In this document: piece by piece, positions 34,516-44,577 of the stretch
Numbering within the stretch: the stretch's first letter is position 1
Layout: each line of letters begins with the position of its first letter
DNA from: Alphaproteobacteria bacterium
GTDB taxonomy: Bacteria; Pseudomonadota; Alphaproteobacteria; SP197
Assembly: GCA_964291415.2 (NCBI GenBank)
Contig: OZ219920.1
Location: 512,001-576,000 of the forward strand
Reading direction: 5' to 3'
Length of the DNA: 64,000 bases
Notes under the pieces: generated by a model
What the model was told of the DNA's origin: nothing
Databases searched by the model: none
Seen by the model: only the letters and a program-made list of their open reading frames with translations
Program-made: the position numbers and the translations under genes

Positions 34516-35661
34516 TCAGCGCCGGGGCAGGGCGTCCACCGCCAGGACCTGGCGCACCAGCTCGACCTGCCCCGACACGCCCAGCTTCCGATAGGCCTGC
34601 TTGGTCAGCCAGCGCGCATAGTCCTCCGACCATCCCGCCGCCGCGGCGATCTCGTTCACCTTCTGGCCCTCGGCCAGCAGCGCCGCCGTCCGGCCTTCCG
34701 ATGGCGACAGGCCGAGCGTCACCGCCACCCGCTGGGCGTCGATGCGCGAACGCCGCGCCGGGTCGACCACCAGCACCAGCGCCGCCACTCGGCGCCCGCC
34801 GAAGTCCGTCGCCCCGTCGCCCACCGGGGTGACGTGGAGCGCCAGCCGCGAGCGGCCCGAGGAACGCTGGACCGTCATCGAGCCGCCGGACGGCGCCTCG
34901 CCCCACAGGTCCGGCAGCGCGCGCCCGAGCAGCCGCCGCAGCCGGCTGCGGTCCGCCGGCAGCCAGGCGTCGAGCGCGCCGTCGCGGTCGATGAGCCCGT
35001 CGCCGCGGCGCAGGATCTCCGCCGCCGGCGCGTTGGCCTCCAGCACCCGCCCGCCGCGGTCGAGCTGCACCACGCCGATGCGGCCGTTGTCCAGCAGGCC
35101 CTCAAGGCCCGACCCCAGGGCTTCCGCCGCCGCCAGCGCCTGGCGGACGCGCACGAACTGGCGGATATGCGGCAGCAGGGACTCCAGGAATTCCACCCGA
35201 TCGGCGTTCCAGCCCTCGCCGTCGCCGGGGTCCCCGACACCCCAGACCACGCTCAGGCCGTCCTGCCAGTCGAGGCGCGTGATGAGTCCGTTCCGGCCGC
35301 CGCGGGCGGACCATCCCTCGTTGTACGCCGCCGACGTCTTCAGCTCCCTCTCGGTGTACATGTCGGGGACGTGGACCAGCGCGCCGACCGGCCACCCCCA
35401 GAGGCGCGGCGGCCCTTCGTCGTGGGGCTGGTAGACCTCGAAATACTCGCGCGCCAGGTCGTGGCGCGTCTCGCCCCGGTAGAGCAGCCGGGCGAAGTAG
35501 ACACGCACCTCGTCGCCGGACCTCTCGCCGACCGCCAGCACGTTGCCCGTGGCGCCGCAGGCCTCTTCGATCTGGGCGGCGGCGCCAGGCCAGCGGGTGT
35601 CGTCGAGGGCGGCCTCATGCAGCGCCGCGAGGATGCGCCCGAAGGCGTCGTCCGGGTTCAC
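34516..35661 (-). CDS. LuxR-family transcriptional regulator (GAF-like N-terminus, PAS, C-terminal HTH)
   Basis: C-terminal GLSPSEGRTAALLAEG..EIA..KQAYRKLGVSGQVELV; GVVQLDRGGRVLEAN PAS-like segment; GTG start chosen by inspection. Confidence 0.88.
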   Translation of the reverse strand: MNPDDAFGRILAALHEAALDDTRWPGAAAQIEEACGATGNVLAVGERSGDEVRVYFARLLYRGETRHDLAREYFEVYQPHDEGPPRLWGWPVGALVHVPDMYTERELKTSAAYNEGWSARGGRNGLITRLDWQDGLSVVWGVGDPGDGEGWNADRVEFLESLLPHIRQFVRVRQALAAAEALGSGLEGLLDNGRIGVVQLDRGGRVLEANAPAAEILRRGDGLIDRDGALDAWLPADRSRLRRLLGRALPDLWGEAPSGGSMTVQRSSGRSRLALHVTPVGDGATDFGGRRVAALVLVVDPARRSRIDAQRVAVTLGLSPSEGRTAALLAEGQKVNEIAAAAGWSEDYARWLTKQAYRKLGVSGQVELVRQVLAVDALPRR

Positions 35662-35824
35662 GCCGCGGCGCTCCGGCGACGCGTCGCCGCCGGTCCCCGC
35701 CGAACACCGATTTGCCCAACAACGACGCCGCTGCGCATCATTCTCCCCCGGCCGCCGGATCGCACGGCCACCCTTCCGATGCGCCGTCCGGCGAAATCTA
35801 TGGGAGATCGGCCAGCCCAACCAT

Positions 35825-35840
35825 CCTCCCATTTGGGAGG
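35825..35840. promoter_or_regulatory. Palindromic box copy 2 (upstream of LuxR-type gene)
   Basis: CCTCCCA-TT-TGGGAGG inverted repeat; flanking bases also match copy 1. Confidence 0.65.
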
Positions 35841-36489
35841 TTTCGTGAAAATTGCGGGTCGAGAATCATCCTCCGTTTCACGATTTTCCGCCCCCGGACC
35901 GACGGTCGTTCCGCTCGCGCCCGTCACCCGCCGTGCACGATTCGCGCTGTCGAAACACCGCCGTCGACCGCGGGATCGAAGACGCGGCCGGGCGGCCCGG
36001 AAGGACCGCCGCGGCCATGGCGGCCCGCCGGCAATGCGTCGGGACGCCCGTGGAGTCCCGGCCGCAGACCCGCCTGTCGCGGCGCGGCGCAAGCTCCGGG
36101 GTCGCCTGCCGAGCGCGCTCGACAGCGCGCCGCCGCCGGTCATATGCTCATTGTCCGTCACCCGGGATTTGGACAGCGAGACCGGCGGCGACAGGACCAG
36201 GGCGAACCCGGCAGGGCATTGCGTGCCGCCTCTTCTTCGTGACCGTTTCCGGCGGCGTGCCTCCCCGGCTCAGACCGGCAGGTCCGGGCATCTTCCCGGG
36301 CAGGCCGCCTGCGGCGCGGCGCCGACGCCAGCCCGTTTGCAGACACCCTTTCCGGAGGCCGGCTCATGAGTTTGCCCCCCATCGCCCCCGGCGCGGTTGC
36401 CGGATCCGGCCGGCGCAGCCGATGCGACGGGCGACCGTCGTGATCGCGTCGGCGCGCGCGGCGCCATCGCCCGGCGGCAGGGCCCTGCG

Positions 36490-37755
<1,266 letters not shown>

Positions 37756-37843
37756 GGCTCCTCCGCCATCCTCTGACCGCAATCAGGCGTTCGCGCCTGC
37801 CGGGGAGCCGATCACCCACGAGCGACCCTTGCGGCTGCACCCC

Positions 37844-38062
37844 TCATCGCGCCCCCAGCCTGTCCGCATCCGCCGTCGTGGTGGCCCGGCGCCGCGCCGC
37901 CCATGCGTCCAGATCCGACCGGCAATAGCGCACCCGGTTGCGGAAGCGGTGGAACGCCGGCCCGGCGCCGTTCACGCGGTAGCCGTCGAGCGTGCACGGG
38001 CCGAGGCCGAGATAGGCCGCCGCGCGCCTTGTGTCGAAGAATCCGCCCTCGCCGTTGCCCAT
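37844..38062 (-). CDS. Excisionase/AlpA-like HTH protein, copy A
   Basis: FDTRRAAAYLGLG..TL..G.GPAFHRF..RVRY..DLDAW; 72 aa. Confidence 0.85.
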   Translation of the reverse strand: MGNGEGGFFDTRRAAAYLGLGPCTLDGYRVNGAGPAFHRFRNRVRYCRSDLDAWAARRRATTTADADRLGAR

Positions 38063-38552
38063 GCCGCCCCCCCTTTCCATTGCAGGACGTGCCGGACCCG
38101 CTGCGGCGCCGACCCCAGCGCCTGCTGAGTACGGCACGCCGGCTGAAGCGAGGGTAGGCGGGGCGGCAGGGTATTCAAAGCGCACGATCAGGAGAACCCC
38201 GGCAGTGCTACGCCGACCTGGCAATTGCGCGCGGCTGACGTACCACCTGCTACCGACCAGCTTTCGGGGATTGCCAGTCGGGCGCCCCAGGCTTGTGCAC
38301 CGGGATCACCCGGGGAGTTCGACGCATCGCGACTTGCCACCGCGGCCAACCTCGAACCGCTGTCCCCGGGGCCGGTAGCTTGGGCATCGGCAAGCAGCGA
38401 TTCCGCAGGCGCAATGCGCACCGCGAACCGCATCCTCAACAGCGTTTCGCTCCGGTTCTCTCCGCTCGTGTCAGGAGCACTCGACGGCGCCGCTCGACAA
38501 CTTCCATCGCATCACCGAACATCGACAGCGTACACGAGCTCGGAGGACACCC

Positions 38553-38828
38553 ATGACCCGATCGGAGCTGTGTGCCCGCGCTGCGGCCCGCTCGTCGCTG
38601 TCAAAGGCCGACGTCGCCGCAGCGCTCGGCGCCCTCACTTCCAGCATTGCCGACGCGCTTGCCGAGGGCGAGACCGTCACCGTCGCCGGATTCGGGAAGT
38701 TCACGGTAAGGACCCGCGCGGCTCGCCAGGGGCGCAATCCCCGCACCGGCGAGCCCGTCGACGTCCCCGCCGCCCGGGTGCCGTCCTTCAAGGCCGCGAA
38801 GGCCCTCCGCGACGCGCTCAACCCATAG
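38553..38828 (+). CDS. HU/IHF-family DNA-binding protein
   Basis: GFGKF..RAARQGRNPRTGE..PSFKAAKALRD; GGAGGA RBS. Confidence 0.95.
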   Translation: MTRSELCARAAARSSLSKADVAAALGALTSSIADALAEGETVTVAGFGKFTVRTRAARQGRNPRTGEPVDVPAARVPSFKAAKALRDALNP

Positions 38829-39317
38829 CGGGCCGGATCTGTGGACAGCCATCCGGCTCTTGTCGCGGCAGCGCGGACGCGACCCGGCAGCGCCTTCGCC
38901 ACGGCGCCTCGTCGATACGCGACTGCTTGAACGCAGGAATGTTCAGGGTCCTAGCACCCGGCGCATTTCCACCCGGTGGACCCGCTCTGGCCGACAAGTC
39001 CCGATCATGAACATGTCCTGGCTCGCCCGCTGCGGTTTTGACTGGCGACGCGCCACAGAGTCACATTCGGGGCAGGGGGGAGGCGTAGCGATTTGCCCGA
39101 TTGGACAATCATGGGCATGGGCACCGATCCGAAATCATGCTCCGACGTTGAATCCCCACGCACGAGGGTACCCGCTTGCACATTCCATGCGAATGCCATG
39201 AACCAGTCACCCGTACCGGCACACCCGAGGGCTGGATCATGCGTGGTGATCGGTGAGTCCAGGGGTCGGGCATCTCCAGGCGATGATACTGCGCATGGCA
39301 GATCTGCTCGAAACAGG

Positions 39318-39367
39318 GTCCAATAGCGTGTTATCAGGCGGATGTGCCTGATAATCATTGGTTAGAG
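39318..39367 (+). other. Degenerate short attC-like site
   Basis: GTCCAAT..TTATCAGGC/GCCTGATAA hairpin..GTTAGAG; the GTTAGAG end is the exact complement of the next site's CTCTAAC. Confidence 0.55.
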
Positions 39368-39394
39368 CGCGCAAATTCAATAGAGGATTACGAC

Positions 39395-40096
39395 ATGGCT
39401 AGATGCACCGCACCAGTACGTGGCCATCGCACAGCGAGCGCGGCAGCCAACTGCCCTGCTTGCGGTGGGCGTTATGGCGGCTATAGGGGTTACAGCGGCT
39501 ACGGGTCGTACTCGCCCTCGTCTTACTCTCCGTCGCGTAACCGTGGCAGCGGTCGGAGCGGCGGCGGATCCAGCCGCACGACACAGCCGCGATGGTCGCG
39601 ACCAGGTTCGTCTGTCATGTACACGCCTGCCGAGGTGCGGACGCTTACACCGATCCGTGAAAACGTCGAGAAACGAGCGACGGTGCCCGATCTTCGTGAC
39701 ACCTTCCTTTGCCACGCTTGGGATGATCGGCAAGGGGCTGCCAAAGAGTTGCACGATCATCTTGAGTCTCGAGGCGTTTCCGTTTGGTTCAGCGAGAAGG
39801 ACATCGTCCTCGGTGCGTCGTTGCTTAGGGAAATCGACAAGGGCTTGGCCAACTCCCGAGTGGGGATCGTGCTGGTGACCCCTGCGTTCCTGCGCCGTGT
39901 CGAGGCAGAGGGTATTGCTGACAAAGAGCTTTCGGCGCTCTTGGCGCGTGATCTGCTCGTTCCTATCGTGCATAACACTACGTATGAAGCACTTCGCGAA
40001 GTTAGTCCATTACTTGGCTCGCGCAGTGGCTTGAGCACCGCAGAAGAGCCCATGGCAGACATTGTGGTAAAACTCGCGGAGTTGGTCGCGCTCTAA
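39395..40096 (+). CDS. TIR-domain protein with N-terminal Cys/His motif and Gly/Ser/Tyr-rich linker (gene cassette)
   Basis: DTFLCHAWDD, VSVWFSE, EIDKGL, IVLVTPAFL, DKEL (putative catalytic Glu); AGAGGA RBS. Confidence 0.9.
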   Translation: MARCTAPVRGHRTASAAANCPACGGRYGGYRGYSGYGSYSPSSYSPSRNRGSGRSGGGSSRTTQPRWSRPGSSVMYTPAEVRTLTPIRENVEKRATVPDLRDTFLCHAWDDRQGAAKELHDHLESRGVSVWFSEKDIVLGASLLREIDKGLANSRVGIVLVTPAFLRRVEAEGIADKELSALLARDLLVPIVHNTTYEALREVSPLLGSRSGLSTAEEPMADIVVKLAELVAL

Positions 40097-40178
40097 CAAT
40101 GCCTTGCAACCGACCCGCTTTCCGCTACTTCCCTTCGATCATTCGCTTCAAGCGGGCGGCTGAAGGCAGGCGTTATGT
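40091..40178 (+). other. Integron attC site (88 bp)
   Basis: CTCTAAC-AATGC-CTTGCAAC-CGACCCGCTT...AAGCGGGCG-GCTGAAG-GCAGGC-GTTATGT; the gene stop codon lies in the inverse core site. Confidence 0.9.
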
Positions 40179-40207
40179 TCTTCGTGAATTCCTCGACATA
40201 ACAAACG

Positions 40208-41086
40208 ATGAATGAGACGGAATATCAACGCCGTATGGCCCAGATCGATGAGTGGGCTAAAGCGCTAGGTTTTGAGCTGGCAGATCTGATCGAACCAAAT
40301 CCGGCAGATGTGATTTATCATTATACAAACTCTAGTGCACTGATTGGAATGCTTGAATCCGGCAAAGTCTGGGCTACGCATGTAAGCCGGATGAATGATT
40401 CGATGGAATATAAAATCGGGATCGAGTTGGTGGAACGATTGGTGCGGAAAAATATGGAAGGCCAGTTGCGTCAATTGTTCGAACGAGCGATATCCAACCT
40501 TGTGTCCGTAGATACATATATTGCTTGCTACTCATCTGAGGTAAATCAGCTTAGCCAGTGGCGTGCATACGCAGGGCTAGGCGTTGGCTATTGCATAGGG
40601 TTCAAGTCTGGTGATATGGCAACCACAGATGGCAGGATGCCGTTACTCGAAAAAGTCATCTACAGTGAGGAAGTCGCTGAAGCTGTTGTGGTACGCTTGC
40701 TTGGTCGGGTTGAGGAACTCTTGGCAAAAAGTGATTTCGGTGAGGTGGAGGTCGGTTACCTTCTCGGCATGCTGGAAGCAACGTTCAATATCGTGGCATG
40801 TATCATCAAGCATGCGGGATTTAAAGAGGAGGCTGAATACCGCCAGATATACCAACCGTCCATATCCTCGTTGTTGTTGGAAACCAAATTCAGGTCCGGT
40901 CGATATGGTTTAACGCCATATGTTGAGTTTGATTTTCTCAATGAAGGCCGGCTGCCAATTGAGTCGATTACTATTGGGCCATGCGCCGACCCAGATGAAG
41001 AAAATCGCACGCTTGCAGCAATACTGAGTCGGCATGGCTATCAATCTGTCGAACTCCAACAGTCTGGTATTCCTCTACGTGTGTAA
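40208..41086 (+). CDS. DUF2971-family protein (gene cassette, low GC)
   Basis: IYHYT, MND..E, SQWRAYA..GYCIGF, KHAGFKEEAEYR, ITIGP. Confidence 0.85.
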   Translation: MNETEYQRRMAQIDEWAKALGFELADLIEPNPADVIYHYTNSSALIGMLESGKVWATHVSRMNDSMEYKIGIELVERLVRKNMEGQLRQLFERAISNLVSVDTYIACYSSEVNQLSQWRAYAGLGVGYCIGFKSGDMATTDGRMPLLEKVIYSEEVAEAVVVRLLGRVEELLAKSDFGEVEVGYLLGMLEATFNIVACIIKHAGFKEEAEYRQIYQPSISSLLLETKFRSGRYGLTPYVEFDFLNEGRLPIESITIGPCADPDEENRTLAAILSRHGYQSVELQQSGIPLRV

Positions 41087-41113
41087 GATAGAAACAGCAA
41101 TCGTGCAGGACGA

Positions 41114-41173
41114 ATATAACAATTTGCTGCAGCGGACCAGCGTCCCGCTGGCCGCTGAGCACTGTCGTTATGT
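41114..41173 (+). other. Integron attC site (60 bp)
   Basis: ATATAAC-AATTT-GCTGCAGC-GGACCAGCG..CGCTGGCC-GCTGAGC-ACTGTC-GTTATGT. Confidence 0.9.
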
Positions 41174-41217
41174 GCAGGTAAGTGAGGTCGCAAGGAACAG
41201 GTGCCGGAGAAAATAAT

Positions 41218-41451
41218 ATGTCAAAATCCACATACAGCGTCACAGTCATATATGAAGGTCGAGAAAAGGATTACCGCGATTTCTGGGATCGCAAGATAAA
41301 GGTCAATTCGGACGGGGAAGAGCTTCATCCGGGGCTGGTGGGCTTTACAGAAGTGGTAGAGGCAAAGAATCTAAACGAGGCTATCGCAATCGTACAGAAA
41401 AAGCATCCGGCGCTAATTGTTGCAAGGGACCATTCAGCGAAAGTTGGATGA
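41218..41451 (+). CDS. 77-aa hypothetical protein (third cassette, no downstream attC seen)
   Basis: GGAGA RBS, low GC, starts shortly after an attC. Confidence 0.75.
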   Translation: MSKSTYSVTVIYEGREKDYRDFWDRKIKVNSDGEELHPGLVGFTEVVEAKNLNEAIAIVQKKHPALIVARDHSAKVG

Positions 41452-41701
41452 TCCGGGTTCTGATTACTTTACGTGAGTCTTTCTGGGGCGCAACTCCCGT
41501 ATGTCGATTGTAACCAACCGATTTATTGAGATTTTGCGTTCGTTTCCGATGGCCTTTGGGGCCGATCGGTGACAAGTGGGGTTTCGGGGTCGGGATTTTG
41601 TCACGGCCGCTCGGTTGCGGGGCCGGAAGCGGGACCGCTCCGCTCGCCGGGTGCGGGTAGGATGTCGTTCTGAACAAACCGGAACCACGGCAGCGCCCTC
41701 C

Positions 41702-41920
41702 TCATCGTGCGCCCAGCCTGTCCGCCTCCGCCGTCGTGGTGGCCCGGCGCCGCGCCGCCCATGCGTCCAGATCCGACCGGCAATAGCGCACCCGGTTGCC
41801 GAAGCGGTGGAACGCCGGCCCGGCGCCGCTCACGCGGTAGCCGTCGAGCGTGCGCGGGCCGAGGCCGAGATAGGCCGCCGCGCGCCTTGTGTCGAAGAAT
41901 CCGCTCTCGTCGCCGCTCAT
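41702..41920 (-). CDS. Excisionase/AlpA-like HTH protein, copy B
   Basis: Near-identical to 37844-38062. Confidence 0.85.
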   Translation of the reverse strand: MSGDESGFFDTRRAAAYLGLGPRTLDGYRVSGAGPAFHRFGNRVRYCRSDLDAWAARRRATTTAEADRLGAR

Positions 41921-42638
41921 GCCGTTCCCTCTCGATTGCCGAATGCGCCGGACCTTCCGCACCGCCGGCCCGCTCCCGCCGACGCAGAAAAGGTAGGCGG
42001 AGCCGCGCGGGTGTTCAAAGCCGACGGTTAGGGGAAATCCTCTATTGCCCCGCCGTCCGCGCGCTTGCACGCGCTCGGGCGCGGCGGCCGCGCCTGCGCC
42101 CGCCAGACAGCCATCGCGGGCACGCCCGGCGCCCACGATCCGCCTTCTTGAAGGCAGCGAACCGGGTCACGAGTTGCGGTTCCCTCACGGGCTGACGACG
42201 GCCATGCGATCGACGCGTCTGCCTGGCCGCGGCAGCCGCTGTAGGTGACGGTCGAGAACTGCATTTATTTGCTGGAGTTTGTCGCCTGCGCGCGGCGTTG
42301 GGATGACGTCCTGTTTGGCATTTGAGGGCCTTCTCTGTCGGAGCTGTGGGTAAATGGCCCGGCGCCGCGACCGCCACGAGTCTGGCGGCGGCGGGCCATT
42401 TATCCATAGCGGTCAGCCGTCTCGATTTTGATTTTGCCGGGCTGGCGGCGGTTCCGCGGCCCTGACAGCGAGACCTGCGGAACTAGACTGAGGCCGCTGA
42501 GAACGATGCGGCGCCGGCCCCGTCTGCTTGGTGGCAACGACCGGCGCCGCACCCCCCGAGCCATGCAAGGCGCGGCCCGTATGCGCAGTATCGTGCGCGC
42601 TCGGGCGCGGGTCCACCCCGTTCTCATCGGTTGTCGCG

Positions 42639-43070
42639 ATGAAGAACGCCGCCCGCCTGTTCACCTGCGCCTCGTGCCGTCGCCAGGTGGTTCTCTGCCG
42701 GCGCTGCGACCACGGCAACATCTACTGTTCGCGGCGCTGCAGCGACCGGGCGCGGCGTCGGTCGGTGCGCCTTGCCGGGCAGCGCTACCAGAACAGCCGC
42801 CGGGGCCGTCACAAGCATGCCGAGCGTCAGAGGCGCTACCGCGAACGCCGCTGCCCGGCGTCGGCGGCTCCGGCCAGGGTGCAGAAAGTGACGCATCACC
42901 CTTTGACCGCCGCGCGGTGGCGTCCTGTTGTGACGCGCATGTCGGCGGGGCGATCCGGAACCCGGCCCTTCGGGCACGACCGTCCCGCCAGAGTGTTCCG
43001 CTGCGATCACTGCGGGCGGTTCTGCGCCCGCGCGGTCTATCCGGGCCTGCGCCCGGCGCGAAGGGAGTGA
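42639..43070 (+). CDS. Cys-rich basic accessory ORF inside IS21
   Basis: CASC..CRRCDHGNIYCSRRC..CDHC; stop codon abuts istA start. Confidence 0.7.
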   Translation: MKNAARLFTCASCRRQVVLCRRCDHGNIYCSRRCSDRARRRSVRLAGQRYQNSRRGRHKHAERQRRYRERRCPASAAPARVQKVTHHPLTAARWRPVVTRMSAGRSGTRPFGHDRPARVFRCDHCGRFCARAVYPGLRPARRE

Positions 43071-43071
43071 G

Positions 43072-44577
43072 ATGGCCATCGACAAGCAGACCCGCGCCGA
43101 GATCCTTCGCCTGTATTTTGCCGAGAAGTGGAAGATCGGCACGATCGCGCGTCAGCTCGGCGTTCATCACAACACGGTCGACCGTATCGTCGGCGAGGCC
43201 GGGGTGCCCGTGCATCTGAGAGGGCGCAGGCCCTCCAGGATCGACCCCTTCCTGCCCTTCATCCGCCAGACCCTGGCGACCTGGCCCAAGCTGCCCTCCA
43301 CCCGGCTCTACCAGATGGCCGTAGAACGCGGCTACCGGGGCAGCCAGAGCCACTTCCGCAACGTGATCGCCCCCGAGCGTCCCAGGCCCGTGGCCGAGGC
43401 CTATCTGCGCCTCAACGCGCTTCCCGGCGAGCAGGGCCAGGTCGACTGGGCGCACTTCGGCAAGGTGAGGATCGGGCGGGCCGAGCGCCCGTTGATGGCC
43501 TTCGTGATGGTGCTCGGCCACTCACGGCGCCTCTTCCTGCGCTTCTACCTCAATGCCGGCATGGACAACTTCCTGCGCGGCCATGTCGAGGCCTTCGAGG
43601 CGTGGCAGGGTGTGCCCCGCGAGCTCTGGTACGACAACCTGAAGAGCGTCGTGCTGGAGCGCCATGGCGATGCCATCCGCTTCAACCCCCGGTTCCTCGA
43701 CTTCGCCGGTCATTACCGCTTCCTGCCGAAGCCCGTCGCGGTCGCCCGCGGCAACGAGAAGGGGCGCGTGGAGCGGGCCATACGCTATGTCCGCGACAGC
43801 TTCTTCGCCGCCCGCGCCTGGCGCGACATCGACGAACTCAACGACCGGGCCCGGGCCTGGTGCGACGGCATCGCCGCCGACCGTCCGTGGCCGGACGACC
43901 GCTCCCTGTCCGTGCGCGAGGCCTTCGAGCGCGAGTGCGGCTCTCTCCTCGCGCTGCCCGACGACCGGCCCCCGGTCGACGAGCGCGTCGAAGTCAGGAT
44001 CGGCAAGACGCCTTACGCCCGGTTCGACCTGAACGACTACAGTGTCCCGCATACCCATGTGCGGCGCACCCTCACCGTGGTCGCGACGCTGGAGCAGGTG
44101 CGCATCCTCGACGGCCTGGACGTCATCGCCAGCCATCCGCGCAGCTTCGACAAGGCGGCCCGCATCGAGAACCCCGAGCACATCGAGGAACTGGTCAGGC
44201 ACAAGCATCACGCGCACCGCCTGCGCGGGCAGAGCCGGCTGCTCCAGGCCGCCCCCAACAGCGAACTCCTGCTCGCCGAGACCGCAAAACGCGGCGGCTA
44301 CATGGGCGCTACCGTCGCCGCCCTGCTGCGCCTGCTCGACCAGTATGGCGCCGCTGAACTCGAGGCGGCCATCGACGAGGCCCTGAAGCGGGACGTTCCC
44401 CATCCCAACGCCGTGCGGCTCAGCCTCACCCGGCGCCGCGAGCAGCAAGACCGGCCTCCGCCCATCCCCGTCGAGCTGCCCAGGGATCCGAGAGTGCGCG
44501 ACATCGCCGTCCGCGATCACGACCTCGGCGGATACGACGGGCTGGTCGAAGACCCCGAAGAGGACAGCGAAGAATGA
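43072..44577 (+). CDS. istA: IS21 transposase
   Basis: PGEQGQVDWA, YDNLKS, EKGRVERAIRYVR DDE motifs. Confidence 0.96.
   Translation: MAIDKQTRAEILRLYFAEKWKIGTIARQLGVHHNTVDRIVGEAGVPVHLRGRRPSRIDPFLPFIRQTLATWPKLPSTRLYQMAVERGYRGSQSHFRNVIAPERPRPVAEAYLRLNALPGEQGQVDWAHFGKVRIGRAERPLMAFVMVLGHSRRLFLRFYLNAGMDNFLRGHVEAFEAWQGVPRELWYDNLKSVVLERHGDAIRFNPRFLDFAGHYRFLPKPVAVARGNEKGRVERAIRYVRDSFFAARAWRDIDELNDRARAWCDGIAADRPWPDDRSLSVREAFERECGSLLALPDDRPPVDERVEVRIGKTPYARFDLNDYSVPHTHVRRTLTVVATLEQVRILDGLDVIASHPRSFDKAARIENPEHIEELVRHKHHAHRLRGQSRLLQAAPNSELLLAETAKRGGYMGATVAALLRLLDQYGAAELEAAIDEALKRDVPHPNAVRLSLTRRREQQDRPPPIPVELPRDPRVRDIAVRDHDLGGYDGLVEDPEEDSEE

Noticed and set aside
41452-41620. AT-rich stretch as a fourth attC, an att site or oriT
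   Set aside because: No AAC/GTT core pair with a hairpin and no recognisable nick site; at most an unproven element boundary.
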